A DNA stretch of 64,000 bases from Anthoceros angustus (GCA_010909165.1 MU008179.1:248001-312000), one strand, 5' to 3'; shown: positions 1 through 13,149, counted from the first letter of the stretch. Numbers and translations: made by a program. The notes: generated from the sequence alone by a model not told the origin.

Positions 1-55
1 AGATCAAGGATTCACCACTGCAATAGCACATCCTCTCCTGATTCAAATCACTTAC

Positions 56-420
56 CCTGTCACTGATGATTTCCAGCTGCTTTGGCATACGCGCATTCCA
101 GCTGTCCCTGTGAATTTGTTCCACAGGCGAATGGATATTGTGTGCTGGATGTCGACATACCTCGACGTCCGGGAAGGTATTCAATTGCCTGTTGTAGCCG
201 GCATCCTCTCTGGCATCCAGCCGTGTGACCGTGCATACATACACGGCTGCACGGCTGGATGCCAGGCCTCTCCACAGGGCACAGGGCAGGTAGCTGAAAC
301 GTCTACCTTCCAGCCATGCTTGCTCTGCCCCTCCCTTTTCCACAACTATGTTTAGGCAGGTACATTTGGGTAAAACCTGTCATCAGACTTGTTGGAACAG
401 TGAATGTCGAACATGCTATT
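56..420 (-). CDS. Internal exons of an unidentified spliced gene running off the left edge (exons 420-377 and 209-56)
   Basis: tag/gt and cag/gtaagt splice sites join in phase to NSMFDIHCSNKSDDR-EDAGYNRQLNTFPDVEVCRHPAHNIHSPVEQIHRDSWNARMPKQLEIISDR. The other two frames of the 209-56 exon contain stops. No family recognised and upstream exons not resolved. Confidence 0.4.
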
Positions 421-1418
421 CTATGAAAGAGCATTTGGGCAACAGAATGTCGGGTGGGCCTCCATCCATATTCATACATGTATGTGTACAAACATTTTGT
501 GGTAAACAGATCTATGTCGTAATGCTTGCTTCTCTTTCCCTATTTCCAGTCCACTACTATGTATAATGCAGCGTGCTCCATCCCCATGTTACATGTGTAA
601 GGCTCCACGGAGAAAACGTGAAATTGAAGAGCCGCCTATGGCTCCTTCCAAGTTCCTACACATCACCATACCGCATCTGCAACATGTGTGACTCTTTGGC
701 CGCATTTCAGCCTCACAGTCTGGTGGCACTTCACCGACAGGTTGTTCCATGCTGCGTAGAAGCACCTTCGTGGGTTTGCATTTGTCGCAGTTCTGGTTTG
801 TTTTTTACATGCCCCTTTGGTGTTTTTCACATGCGCACGAGAGTGCATATTGAAAGCACCACAGTGCGTGTATAAAAACACCGACCCCGCCAGTGGGATA
901 GCGGGCAGAAAGTCTTCCGATATCCACGAAGATGCCTTTGTAGAGAGAAGATTTGTCTACTCTGACCACAGGATCTGTGTGGAATCCACTCGGATCAAAT
1001 ACGCCCTCCGACGTACCAAAGGACGATCGACATCGTGTACTTGCTCTAAATCTTGTCCAAGAGGTTGATGAATCCGAACCAAGTCTGTGAGAACGGAGGC
1101 TTTGGCCTGCACACCAGAGATTCACAGCCGTCACAGCCTCCGAGCACCTGAGACTGGTAGAGCACCACTGCACTGTCGCTGGTGTCTTTTCAGAAAGAAA
1201 AGACTTTTCTGTGGTCTGCGGATAGTAAGCTGCGAGTTCCGAGGATTTTAACCCCAAGACCTCCAGTATGTACACACCAAGACAGCTGGTGCTGCGTGCT
1301 GCAGGAGCAGCCCTTACTCCTGATTGGCAATATATGGCTAACATGCCTAGAGGCATACATCGGGGGCTGGCCGTGTGTAGCTCCTCAGGGTGCCCTTTTC
1401 TATGCAAGAGAACTGACG

Positions 1419-2273
1419 TTAGGGCAGCTCGTCAAGGGAGAGCTTGGCAACTGGTTCCTGAATGCTCAAACCTGCTTTGACATACCCCAAACTCTTGAGC
1501 TCTTGCAGCAACCGTTTCTCTGCAAATGCCTGCAGCCAAACAAGCTCGACTGTGAGAAGAGGGCAAGTGACAAGCACCCTAGCTGCTTCAAAAACTCAGC
1601 TCGTCCGTCATTGCCTCAAGGGTCGGAGACTTGGAGGGTATGTTGGACGCCAGAACGATACTCCACCCAGTTCTCCAGGCTGCACACGAAAAAACATCAA
1701 CAGGTAAAAATCGGGCAACCCTACCGACCCGGCCCTGCCTTGCCCTGCCCTGCCCTGCACCAACATGAAGCACAACTCACCAAGCCTCCTGGCCGTGCTC
1801 GCTCCTGGACTATCAGCTCCTCCCCCCAGGAGCACAGCCAAGCTGGGGGCTTGGGCCTGGACCATGGCAGAAACACAGCCCTCCGTGTCAACACACACTC
1901 ACGACCGGGCCACATTCAGGAAGCAGCACAGTCGAGGCCATGACTAACCCACTTACATATCGAGTCGGCATAGACAAGTAAAGATTTCCTAGCCTAGCAG
2001 AATTGCAGCTCACCCACACATATAACTGCAACCACAGACACACAACAACAACGTCAACAACAGCCCCGCATCCGGATTAGATGAACACAACCCACAACCC
2101 ACAACCCACAACCCACAACCCACAACCCACAACCGCCAAAAAACAAAAAACAAAAAGCTCTTCCCAACCTGGTCAGTGAGGCGAAGAATTTGGAAATGGA
2201 ATGTAGTATCATGAGCTTGGTCCGTGAAGCAGGAGAGCGGCAAACCATTCTTCAAAGCCTCGCCACCAGCCAT
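1419..2273 (-). CDS. PSMG4: Proteasome assembly chaperone 4 (PAC4/POC4), 5 exons
   Basis: Spliced product MAGGEALKNGLPLSCFTDQAHDTTFHFQILRLTDQ|LYVWVSCNSARLGNLYLSMPTRY|AQAPSLAVLLGGGADSPGASTARRL|AWRTGWSIVLASNIPSKSPTLE|AFAEKRLLQELKSLGYVK...LP* matches the plant PAC4 pattern. Exon 1 is 2273-2169, exon 2 is 2025-1957, and the last intron is GC-AG. Confidence 0.88.
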
Positions 2274-3003
2274 GGTGTCCAAATCCCGTGGCTCCGCGGG
2301 TGCCCACCCTGAGTTAACCACTACCCGAGCTTCACCTCCCACTGTATCCAGCTAACCACATTCCCCCCTTACGCCGGCAATCGCCCTAAAATGTCGGCAG
2401 GCTTCTCTGGAAGGATCTCGCGAATCTTACTGTACGGGACACGGTATCCAGTTATGTATTATGTATGTTACATGTATGTACATGAGTTCCCTAAAAATGA
2501 GTCAGGGTCTAGGAGTCGAGACCGTCATCTGCCTCGTTCGCTAATAAGCAGAAGCTTACGGTAAAGCGAGGAGAGGGGGGTGTCGTACGGGTTGTCGTGT
2601 CTTCTTGAAATTGCGAAAAGAGAAAGCGTATTGCACTAAAAATAGTATTCTGTGCCCCGGGCCGGGCCGCACCTTCCTCTCCCTTCCCTCTCGTTTCATG
2701 TCCTTCCTCTTTCTTCTCCTTAGAGGCTTCGAGGCTATGAGCTGCGGCTGCGCGCAGGGAAGCGGGCGTGGCTTGGGGGTTTGACCACCCTGGGAACTGA
2801 TATGAAGCGGAGGCAGAGGCAGAGGCCGAGGGAGCAGCGAAGGACGAGAGCGCTTGCACGTTCAGGCCGGGCCGCATGCATATGATGCACCATATGCCTC
2901 ATCGTTGCCAGAAGCGGAGATCAGTTGTTGGCACATCTGAGCGGGAGGAGGAGGCGGCGAGCCCGAGCCCGAGCCCGAGACCGGAAGCTCCAGCTGCGTC
3001 CCC

Positions 3004-3822
3004 ATGTCACTGATTCCCAAGGGCGGCAAGCTCCGTATCCGGGAGGTATGGGCTCACAATCTAGAGGAGGAGTTCCAGTTGATTCGGGAGGTGGTGGACG
3101 ACTACCCTTACCTGGCCATGGACACGGAGTTCCCCGGGGTGGTGGTTCGTCCCGTGGGGACATTTAAGAACAGCGCCGAGTACCACTACCAGACGCTTAG
3201 GGCGAACGTGGACATGCTCAAGCTCATACAGCTGGGACTCACATTCTCGGACGAGGAGGGCACGCTGCCGCTCTGCGGCACGGGCGAGTACTGCGTCTGG
3301 CAGTTCAACTTCCGGGAGTTCAATATCAAGGAGGATGTGTACGCGCAGGACAGCATCGAGCTGCTGTGCCAGAGCGGGATAGACTTCGGGAAGAATGAGG
3401 AGGATGGGATTGATTCGCAGCGCTTCGGGGAGCTGTTGATGTCTTCTGGCATTGTGCTCAACGAGAGCGTGCACTGGATCACCTTCCACTCCGGGTACGA
3501 CTTCGGCTACTTGCTCAAGCTGCTCACGTGCCAGAACCTGCCCTCCTCAGAGACTGACTTCTTCAACCTGCTGCGGACCTACTTCCCGACTGTGTATGAT
3601 ATCAAGTACCTGATGAAGTTCTGCGGGAATATGCACGGGGGCTTGAACCGGCTGGCTGAGATGTTGGAGGTGGAACGCATCGGGCCTTGTCATCAGGCGG
3701 GCTCTGACTCTCTTCTTACGTCCTGTACTTTCCGGAAGCTGAAACAGGGGTATTTCAATGGTTCGACAGAGAAGTATCAGGGTGTGCTATATGGTTTGGG
3801 AACAGAGAACAACGACACATGA
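3004..3822 (+). CDS. CAF1: CCR4-associated factor 1 deadenylase (DEDD), intronless, 272 aa
   Basis: [36 protein letters not shown] and [10 protein letters not shown] are the canonical CAF1/POP2 motifs. Confidence 0.97.
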   Translation: MSLIPKGGKLRIREVWAHNLEEEFQLIREVVDDYPYLAMDTEFPGVVVRPVGTFKNSAEYHYQTLRANVDMLKLIQLGLTFSDEEGTLPLCGTGEYCVWQFNFREFNIKEDVYAQDSIELLCQSGIDFGKNEEDGIDSQRFGELLMSSGIVLNESVHWITFHSGYDFGYLLKLLTCQNLPSSETDFFNLLRTYFPTVYDIKYLMKFCGNMHGGLNRLAEMLEVERIGPCHQAGSDSLLTSCTFRKLKQGYFNGSTEKYQGVLYGLGTENNDT

Positions 3823-4879
3823 CAGCGAGGGGAGGCTAGCTCTTTCGTAATCCTGCTAACCTGGACTGGTTTTGAAGCTCTGTGCTTGGAAGCCAACCTG
3901 GACACTCTTCTCTCTGGGGGGAAAGCATGGGGAAGCTTAGGTCAGGAACGTACGTAGCTAGTGGGATAACATCACTTTAGCCAGTAGATATTCAGTGACG
4001 AGATTATGTACATTTCTCATTTTAAGTTATATAGCTATGCTGCGTGCTGCCATGCTGATGCGCAGTCTGATGGGTTTCCTTGAAAGCAAGAGTGGCACAG
4101 TCGTTACTGAGCTGCATCTCTGAAGTCCAGTTCAGAGCCTTCCAAAAGCTCTTGCAAACATTTCTTTTGCCTTGCGGAAGTTCAATTCAGGACTGGACTT
4201 CCAAGAAGCCATTCTGGCATGCTCTTAAAAGAGAGTGGAGGAGTCAGGATGCATTGAACAACGTCAGTTGTGTCTTGTTTTCATAAAGACTGCCTGAAGT
4301 GCTATCTACTAACACGCCAAGCTACCGTCTTCAGGCCTATCAGTCTGAAGTGAAACAGGTTTGGCAAAGCTGCTCTTACAAACCAGGCTTTTCAGCGTAT
4401 GCCACGAAGCTAATCACACCGGGTACTTTTCACCATCAGAAACGCAATTAAAAACGCGAGTGGACACATCGGTCTGGAAACTTCGACGTCCTCTACTTAG
4501 GTACGGTAAAATGCTCAAAAACTATTTTTGAAAATGCTAAAACTTTCTTTGAACTGCGGGTGTAAGCTTGGGACACGTTGCAAAACGTTCCATTGCCTTG
4601 GTCTGCCAGCGTCTTTCGTGATCGTTGATTAGCTCCCAATTAAGCATTCTTAGTTTGGCCAGACTCCACATTTGGCGGTTTCCAACCCAAGTCTCTGTCC
4701 CCACATCCTCAACGTTCTCAGCTTACCCAGCCTCCCATTTGGCAGGTTCTCCATCCCAGAAGCTTCTCCAAAGCAAAATAACTTCTTCTCAAGCACTGGT
4801 TTTCTTCAGCCTCCACATTGAGAGCTACTTAACTCAAGTCTTTCATACTCGGTGTCTTCCACACGGTGTTCACTTCCTT

Positions 4880-4972
4880 CTTCAAGAGGGATGGAAGCAT
4901 GCAAATGTTCTTCAAGCGGGATGAAAGCATGCAAATGTTTCTTCAAGCGGGATGGAAGCATGCAAATGTCCC
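4880..4972. repeat. About 30-bp tandem repeat, 3 copies
   Basis: Unit approximately (g)ggatggaagcatgcaaatgttcttcaagc, read directly. Confidence 0.8.
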
Positions 4973-5334
4973 CTTTGTAAGCAAGGTACACACGAGACAA
5001 ACACGATCACCTTTGGTTCAGTGATCGATGATTAGATGCTCCTAAACACCGGTAAGCAATTTCTCGATTTGCCCGGATTCCACAATTGGCAATTTCCAAC
5101 CAAAATCTCCTTCAATCTGTCCCCACATCCTCGAAGTTCTCCGCTTTCCCACCTCCACATTTGACGGACCAGGCTCCCCATCCCAAACTCCTTGCTAAGC
5201 CTTGCCTTGAGCCGTTCCCCATCCTAGACTCCTTGCTAACCCTGGCCTTGAGCATCTCCAAAGCTGCTTCTAGAGCACTATTTTATGGGCACCATTTTAT
5301 GAGCCTCAAAGCTGGCATTTTAATCACAAATATC

Positions 5335-5435
5335 ACGCTAACATTTTAATCACAAACATCAGCCCCAAAGCTAACATTTTAATCACAAACATCAGCCCCA
5401 AAGCTAACATTTTAATCACAAACATCAGTCCTAAA
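5335..5435. repeat. About 33-bp tandem repeat, about 3 copies
   Basis: Unit ctaacattttaatcacaaacatcagccccaaag, read directly. Confidence 0.85.
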
Positions 5436-5712
5436 GCTGCACTTTAACCCTACGAAGGCCTCACCTATTCAAATCAAGTTCTTTGACCAATATTTCTATA
5501 CATTGTATATAACTTTTTTATGGCGCATATTCTATTTTAGATTTTGTTCCCTATATTTAAGCTTGGTTTTAACCCAAGCATGGTCACCCTTATTTTTCAT
5601 CTTAATAATATATACAATTTTTTTGTTATATCTTTCAGAATATCACTAATTAAATAAGAAACTATTTAAGATGGTAGTTCTTGTGAAGACCTCCCTATTG
5701 ATATATAATTTA

Positions 5713-6125
5713 TTATAAAATATTAAGTAAAAAAGAATGGAGACTATATGTAGGAAAATGAGATGGAAAAATCCATCTACCCCAAAAAAGATGGGGTAAA
5801 ACCCATCGAAGGGTAACAAACCAGTAGGATCTACCACCACGATTGCTCATTCTAAACCTACCTATAGCTCCGAGAATTTCGTGGTCAGGGATACGGAAAG
5901 GCCTACCTACCATCGGTGCAAAAGAAGCCGCATCCCTAGCGCTTGCCGCTGTCCTGAACACCGCATTCGCCAGTGCCCGCTGCAGGGCGATGGACACCCG
6001 TTGGCAAAAGAAAGCCACAATACAAGAAAGGGGGAGACCAACCCCATTCCTGTGTAAGTGGTATGCCTTGGCATAGTCCTTGACAAACCTAGAGAAACCT
6101 TTGCTCATGGCCCCATGAGTCTCGA
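5713..6125 (-). mobile_element. 3' fragment of a CRE-clade (restriction-like endonuclease) non-LTR retrotransposon
   Basis: ORF 5713-6108 contains FFCQRVSIALQRALANAV, the terminal RLE motif, and is homologous to 38082-38612. Confidence 0.7.
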
Positions 6126-7104
6126 TGGATCAAGTTTAAAGGTTTAGGGTTTAGGGTTTAAGTGAAACAACAAGAGCACTATTTTCTTCGTTTTGGTAGT
6201 TGGTTTTGTTTTTTTTCGTTGCATTGTATGTACGATATGAGGTAGGGTTAGACAATAAGGCCTCCTAGGGCCAGATTATGCATCATGCGTACTCCCAAGA
6301 CCCTGGTCCAGTGGCGAACAGGTGGCTGGCAGGTGCTAGTGCCTCCGGAGGAAGTCCTAAGGGAGAGGGAGGGGTGAGTCCAGGTGAGACCGGAGGAATT
6401 GGCGAACAACAGACACGTAGGTGTTTAAAGGGACCGACCGGCATGCAGGTGGTCGGAGGACGGGGAACTTTCCCAGGAGCCGTTATGGCCCATTTCGAGT
6501 GGTGGAAGAAAATTTTCCACCCGTGGACAAAAATGAGTACAAGCGTGCAAGCGTGTGGGTAGTACAAGATGGATCGCAGCGCAGGCGCGAAGGACCGACT
6601 CCACGCCGTTTACGCGTGGTTGTTTTCTGCAGGAAAGCATTGTTCATTCTTCACAACTATCCAGTTCTCTTACTCTCTTATGCTCCGGCTTCCTGCTCTC
6701 TGGTGCTCAATTCTCGGACGCTCAGGCTCCATTGCTCCCGTGCGGTTGAGCCCTCCGGAGTGCAGGTTACTTTGCGCCAAACCAGCGCAATAGCAGAGCG
6801 TAGGAACAACGCCGAACCTTTCATCAGATTAGCGAACAACGTTCGAAGAAATGGCGCCTAAGAAATCGATGGCGGAGGGGCTCGCACCGGGGACTTTGGT
6901 GCAACATCACCACCAAGCGCTATCCATATTTTGGTCCGGAGCTCCAGGTGGTGGGGGAGGTGGTGATGGACTTGCACCTGGACGTGTTCCAGGCGGTATG
7001 GACGTTCGACAGCGTCACCTGGTCCGGGAGTAGGCCTGGAAGTTGTTGGCGGTGGCGTGGAGGAAGATCAGCTCCAAGAGTGTGAAGGAGGACCTGGGGC
7101 ATTG

Positions 7105-8270
7105 TGTTAAAACCGCTTAATCAGCGCTCGTTCACATAATGATTAGGGTTACTTAGGTTATCCATATGAAGAGTCAGTTCCAAGATTATTTAAGATACAT
7201 TACATTATAGTTTTGTATTGAGTTAATTGTTTTATGTTCTCTCCTTCTCTTCACCGCGCTCAAGACTCAAACATGGTATGACAGCCCAAGATTTAGAATG
7301 ATTATATACCATCAAGGGCAATTGGTCATGTATCAATGTCTCGGACGGATATGGACGAGAGAAGCTTTTATCCAATCGTTTGTGGATTAAAGCTATTGAT
7401 ACTCTATTTTGGCTAATTGATTGGTGCGATCAAGCGATTGAAGGAAATTATTATTAAGTATTCAGCGTCTCTTCAATATGATTGAATTGAGGAGCATACA
7501 CAAGCCTTCTCAGATACTTCCGCTGCCTAAATGAATGAGCGATTAAGCTGAATCATTCTGTATTGAAGGTGAAACAGAGATTTTGACACAATCTAGCATC
7601 CATCATCTAATGCAGACTGGGTTATGTCAACATCCTCATTTCGCTATTTGTACAGAACAATTACCAAACACTAATGGACTATGCTATCGCTCAATCAATG
7701 ACAAGCAAGAATCTATTAATAACCTGAAGATGCCGAGGCGCAAGTGGGCTGGTAGGCCCCCTTTTTGTGCGCAACCAAGTCGTGACCAGATGCCTGCAGC
7801 CAATACAACAGATATACGGTGTTACAATCAACAAATATGCGATTGTTCCATTCAGCTTAATTCTGCGCCACGGCCAATCCTAATTCTCATTTCATGGTCA
7901 AGTAAGAAACAGACTACCATTGCCCTTTCTAGCACTGAGTCAGAATATAGGGTACTAACTTCATTTGCAAAAGATATCATCTGGAGTAGGTTAGCTTTAG
8001 ATGAACGTAATCATGCTCAAAATGATCTTACGCCTTTATTGAGCGATAGTCAAGGGGCCATAGCCTTAGCTAGAAACCTTGTTTTTCATTGAAGAACTAA
8101 GCACATAGTGGTAGAATTCTATTACATAAGAGAATTATTAGAAAATAAAACAATAGATATTAATTATATCCCAACACAGGATAATTCAGTTGATTTATTC
8201 ACCAAATCCCTTAATCAGCAAGCATATAAACATTTTAGATATACTGGATATCAAGTTCAAACCACTCTAA
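7105..8270 (+). mobile_element. Internally deleted Ty1/copia remnant (LTR, PBS, RNase H)
   Basis: TG...ACA LTR-like segment (about 7105-7273) followed by the PBS-like tggtatgacagccc. ISWSSKKQTTIALSSTESEY...SDSQGAIALARN-VFH*RTKHI...D.FTKSL is copia RNase H. Confidence 0.85.
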
Positions 8271-10239
8271 CTTAGCTAGCTTAAGTCAGTAACTCAAGTA
8301 GACAAACTAAAGTTAAGTCATAACTTTCCTATAATCCATAAAGTTTGTCCAGAGTATTGAGTTCCTCCTCTATCTCTAAGTAGTCTTCATAGTACTCCGT
8401 AGCTTCGCGCTCAAGTGCCCAAGTAGATCCTAACCATGGTATTTAGGTATCACATTTAGTATTAATATTAATAATAAAATATTTTTTAATTACATTATTT
8501 AAGGCACCATGAGTACTTACGATAGGCATGTTTTGTATGTCCTTCAAACTCAGTACATGGGGCAGTACCTAACCATTTGTAGTCCACTTTTGGGGCACAT
8601 ATACTCTGTTGGGGCATGGAAATCTCCCATATTCCCAGGGCATATTAGATAGGTAGCTTTACATATAAGTTCCCCTCTAGGAGCCGTAGCATGGATGGAG
8701 AAGAAAAACTACTTGGCTGCCGCTTTGCATCGGTAGAGGAGGCTAGATCTTCGTCAATGTTGCTTGTAATCCAATTGTCCTCCTCCATTACTTCAAGTTG
8801 GAGAGCTTTCTCGAATGGTGCCACTGAAATCTCCTCGGCTCACAAGTCGCAGGTTCCCCATACTGAAGATGTTGCTCACCAAGTGCCAATATGTGAAGGA
8901 AGCCCAAGTTTGAGGCCACGTTCGCTAGTCACTTCAGATTTTGCTGATGCCAAGGATGTTGATAAATTCAACAAGTTTGTTTCTGGTAGAGTCACCTGTT
9001 CTTCACAAATGTTGAAAAGTGAGAAATGGCAAGGTGTAATCTTGTGGGCTGCTCCATGTGCAGATTGGAAGTCGGGGAAACTGCAGCTGGGGGAAGATGA
9101 AGACTCAAGAGGAAAGTGGAAAGGCAAAAGACAAGATGGAAGCAGAGAGTGGTGAGGAACAAAAATGAGTAGAGTAGGATGAATAGTGCTTCCTTTGTAA
9201 CCCTTATAATTTATGAGATCATAAGCATACTGTAAGAATCGCTATCCCACAAAAAGTGGTCCCAGAAAAAAAACAAAACTGAATATGGAATACCTAGCTG
9301 TTATCTTCCTAAAGCATAGGTCACGAGATGACGACCTCCAGAAGGCTCCCTATGGGGTCTAGACCCATCTCTTCCGACTCACGTTTGCTGGAAGAGAAGG
9401 CCCTTTGTTTTCTGCATCGACAATGTAAACAGCTGCTGGGGGTGCCTGCTCCCAACTCACATTCCAGCGGTTTTCCACGATGGCGCCCCCCTTCCCATCA
9501 CCACTTGCAGGCACAAGATCTGGCACCGCGGCATCTTCATCATCAGCGCATGAGAGGGCGACCTGATCGACTCCATCAACATGTTTATGGGCAGGCGCCA
9601 GGCGCGCCAGCCCACTTTTCTTCCTTCTTTGGCCTCCGTCGGGCTGAGATTTTGCAGCTCGACGGGGGTCTTGCACTCCCGTGGCAGGTGCACACGCCGC
9701 ATCGGCCTCGCGCGTCACGCCTCTGCCGCGCGGAGTTGTGGGCGCACTGCGGGGGAGCATTCGCATCAGCCCTAGCTCGGCGCCGAAGGCGAGCCAGGCG
9801 ACAGAGGTAGGGTGTAGCTTGCGTCCGCCATACCCGTGGTGGATGCGGCCTCCCGCGCATCGGTGAAGACAAGGAATGGGGGCCAACCGTTTGGCCCCCG
9901 TCTTTAATTTTTTCGATATAACCATTATTCATGTTTTTCCATTCCAGAAAATCATTAAAAGCTTTATCCTATTTTATTAATTGATAATTCATTTTGATTA
10001 CTTAAGTTTGCCTTATGCTTTCAATTTAATTTCACCCGAGAACTAGTTTTCAGTTTTAGGCCTATTTTGGCTCTTTTTCAAGCCAGAAAAATACTCTACT
10101 TAATCACCCTCAGTTCATAGTGAGTGGGAGTGATAAACTATACTAGGTTTAGGGCACTATTCACTAGGGCATCTTTACTTAAACATTATTTTATGCCTAG
10201 GGCACTAAGTAGTTTCCTTAGGTAGCTATTTAGGTAGTT

Positions 10240-10840
10240 AGTTGTTATATTGGTTACAACCACTTATGGTTACAACCACCTGACTTCCTCCACTATAAAA
10301 CACTCTCTTGTACTTTCTATTATTCAATGAATGCAACAAGCTTTGTGCAAGTGTGTGTGCGTGATTTTTATCAATGTCAGGGTCTGGATCTAAGTCTAAA
10401 GCTGACAAAGTGCTGGCTGCTTCCCGTGGACGACCTTTCTAGAAGGGTAAACCAAGACTAACTCAAGGATCTAATTTTCCATGCCAAGATGCAGGTTCCT
10501 CCACCATCAGGCTTCAAGGGACGTGTAATTGGTGTGGCACACCTCGTCATTGGGCGAGGGAATACCGTAAGAAGAAAGCTGGAGAGCCCTAGAATCCCTT
10601 CTGCTACTGCCACAATCAAGGTGAATCTTCCAAGCGAGTACTAAAAATATTGACAGTATGCCTTACCTCTTCCACGAGTGACACGACATCCTGGTTCCTT
10701 GGTTCTGGAGCTACGGCACAAATTTGCCGAGACGAGGCTACGTTTGTCACTTTGGTCAATAATCTATTTAGAATATAAGTCGAACTAACAATAGCCTTTG
10801 CCCAATAAGGGGATGGGAGACCCAACCATAGCAAGCAACA
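10240..10840 (+). mobile_element. Ty1/copia gag-protease fragment
   Basis: GTCNWCGTPRHWAREYRKKKAGEP zinc knuckle and SWFLGSGATAQIC protease motif on the + strand. Confidence 0.7.
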
Positions 10841-12170
10841 TAGAATGAGTCATGCCCATGAGAGTTTGATTTTTACACTCAGAAATCCCGTTTTGTTGCT
10901 ATGTGTAAGGCACAATGAGCTGATGAATAGTGCCTCGTGATTCCAACAGGTAGCGAATGAGCTGTTCACGAATTCAGTACCATTATCACTGCGGAAAAGC
11001 TTCAAAAGGCAACCGGTCTGACGTTGAGCAGTGAGCAGCCAATCCCGAAAGAAGGAAAAGGGGTCACTCTTGTTTTTTTCGTGCAATTGGGACACCCAAC
11101 CGTGCATGCACCCTTTTGCATAGGGTATGTCCATGTATACCGACTGTAATCATCAGTGACAGTAAGATAGTAGTTTGCGCCCCCAAGTGAGGAAAACTTA
11201 AGGCGCCCATAGATATCAGCATGGACAAGTTCCAGCAGCTTGGTAGATCGATGAGTAGGGGTGCTAGAAATAGGTAACACCTTTTGCTTAGCCAATGCAC
11301 AAGTTTCACATAGCAGGAGGTCTTTCAAAACAGAAGGTAAAGGCTTCTTGTACCCAGCATGTTTACTCATAGAAACCATGGTAGTCCTGTTGACATGGCC
11401 CAAACGAGCATGTCATAATATAGCCTGTTGTTTAGCCGTAAGGTTTTCGACACTTGTTGAGTAAGCTTGGTTCTGTATTCCAGGAATACATGTGACGTCA
11501 AGGCGATACAAGTCATGCTCCGGGTATGCCTTGAAAGCACAAATAGTAGGAGAAGAGCGCCTGTAGAAGCAGCAAGAGTCCTCGGAAACAAATGGGGTTT
11601 GATTTCTCAAGGTTTTACTCCGCATATGTAGGAAGTAATAAATTGAACGCGGAATGGTGCAAACTATTCCATCGGGATGGAACCCACGACTACACGATAC
11701 CGGGTTATAAGTGTGCACCTGGCTAGTCCGCTAACAAAAGTTGTTCCACAAAGACCATATCCATTTTGGTCATTGAGATTGGTAGGCCATCATCCTGCTT
11801 CCTTAATTCAATCACCATCATTGAGGCGACGCTAGAAACTTCGATGGAGCTTCATCAGCGTCAGCAATTGGAATCCAGAAATTTCGATGTTTTCGGCCTC
11901 AACAATTGGAATCGCATCATCAACGTCTGCGCCCGCGCTCGCCATCACAACTTGACCACCTCCTTATTGTAAAATAAGAGAATTTAAGGCAAAAGATAAA
12001 ACTTTTATAACATACGTGACAATATATATACAAGATGCACCTCAGAGTGATCAGAGTGACACACTCCAAACTAGAGCAAACTAAGGGGCCTAAAAATAGG
12101 GAGTCATTTGACCCAATTAGGAATCTATGATAAAATTCTTTTGTATAGAAAAAGTAGAATTAGGGCCACA
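10840..12170 (-). mobile_element. Ty1/copia remnant B (LTR-like end, pre-integrase, integrase core)
   Basis: CETCALAKQK...LELVHADIYG...YYLTVTDDYSRYTWTY and KLFRSDNGTEF integrase motifs. 11770-11880 is similar to 18900-19000. Confidence 0.85.
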
Positions 12171-12460
12171 GAAATCAGTATGGACCAATTCTAATGGATG
12201 TGTAACTCTTGTTATAGGTCCAACTGGAAAACGTGATACTCGACTCTAGGAATAAACACAGCTCTGATAGAAAGGGACCAAAACTAAGGTAGGTTATGTG
12301 TCTAGGTAAAGACTGGTAGTACTTAGTTTGATGAGAATACGTGAATTGATAGGGGCTAGTCGATAGTGCCATAAAATTGATAACTGAGTTTTTGTGAATT
12401 GTGCAAGGTTAGAAACTGGAGACGACTCTAATTCAAGACGATAGAGATCATGATATGGCC
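12170..12460 (-). mobile_element. Ty1/copia remnant A, downstream half (GAG-pre-integrase)
   Basis: DLYRLELESS...ILWHYRLAPINSRIL is the LWHxRLxH pre-integrase motif and continues the protease-side text that stops at about 18055. Confidence 0.65.
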
Positions 12461-13149
12461 TCTGTCATGCCGTGTGATACTAATTTCTGCACTTGGGTTT
12501 AGTGTTCGATTAGCATTAGTTAATCTAATTACTTATCTTTAAGTAAGTAATTAGTGTTAATTAATCTAAGATGCTTATGTTAATTAAGCATTGATTAGTG
12601 TTAATTAAACATGGTTAGCAATAGCTAAGTGGATAAGCTCAAGTAATATGCTTTGGCATATTCCTTGCATATTATAGTGTATTCTTAGGATACAATAGCT
12701 AAGTGGATAAGCTCAAGTAATATGCTTTGGCATATTCCTTGCATATTATAGTGTATTCTTAGGATATTTCTGGCATATGCTGATGCCAATAGGATATCTT
12801 AGGAATATGCCGATGCTAGGGTCTAGTCTATATAGACCCTTCCATTGAGGACAAGCTCAGATCAGAGCTTGTCCTCTAGATATGCAATGCAAGGGTGTTG
12901 TGAGGAGGCCAAAGCTATGACTCCGAGAGCGATGTGTGAGGAATTTGCGCGTTGTTCTCGTGGGGAGAGTGTGTTTGTGCCACGACGTGCGAGCTACTCC
13001 CTCCTGTGTTACAAGCTATGATCTCGTATGTATACACTAGATAGGCCGTGCTAGGCTTAGTGTGATGCTAGGCGATGCTAGGCCGTGCTAGGCGAGGCGA
13101 CGCTAGCTCTTTAAGCAAGTAGGCAAGGGACTCTCTAAAGTGTACCCAA

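Noticed and set aside
590-800. CDKC...HTCCRCGMVMCRNLEGAIG resembles a TnpB/Fanzor zinc ribbon plus RuvC-III
   Set aside because: The catalytic D of DRDxNAA is absent, no RuvC-I/II motifs are seen upstream, and there are no element ends; likely chance or part of the unidentified host gene.
4615-5200. Diverged 200-bp direct duplication (about 4615-4800 and 5015-5200) considered as LRR-coding
   Set aside because: Every frame has stops and there is no sustained LRR periodicity; probably old repeat debris.
9878-9899. GC-rich hairpin gggggccaa-ccgt-ttggccccc, considered as a Helitron 3' end or terminator
   Set aside because: No CTRR at the expected distance on either strand and no Rep/helicase sequence nearby.
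12455-12480. Target-site duplication and paired LTRs for the DNMT element
   Set aside because: The 5-mers flanking the candidate ends (gcctc versus ccttg) do not match and I could not see a shared LTR, so the boundaries remain approximate.
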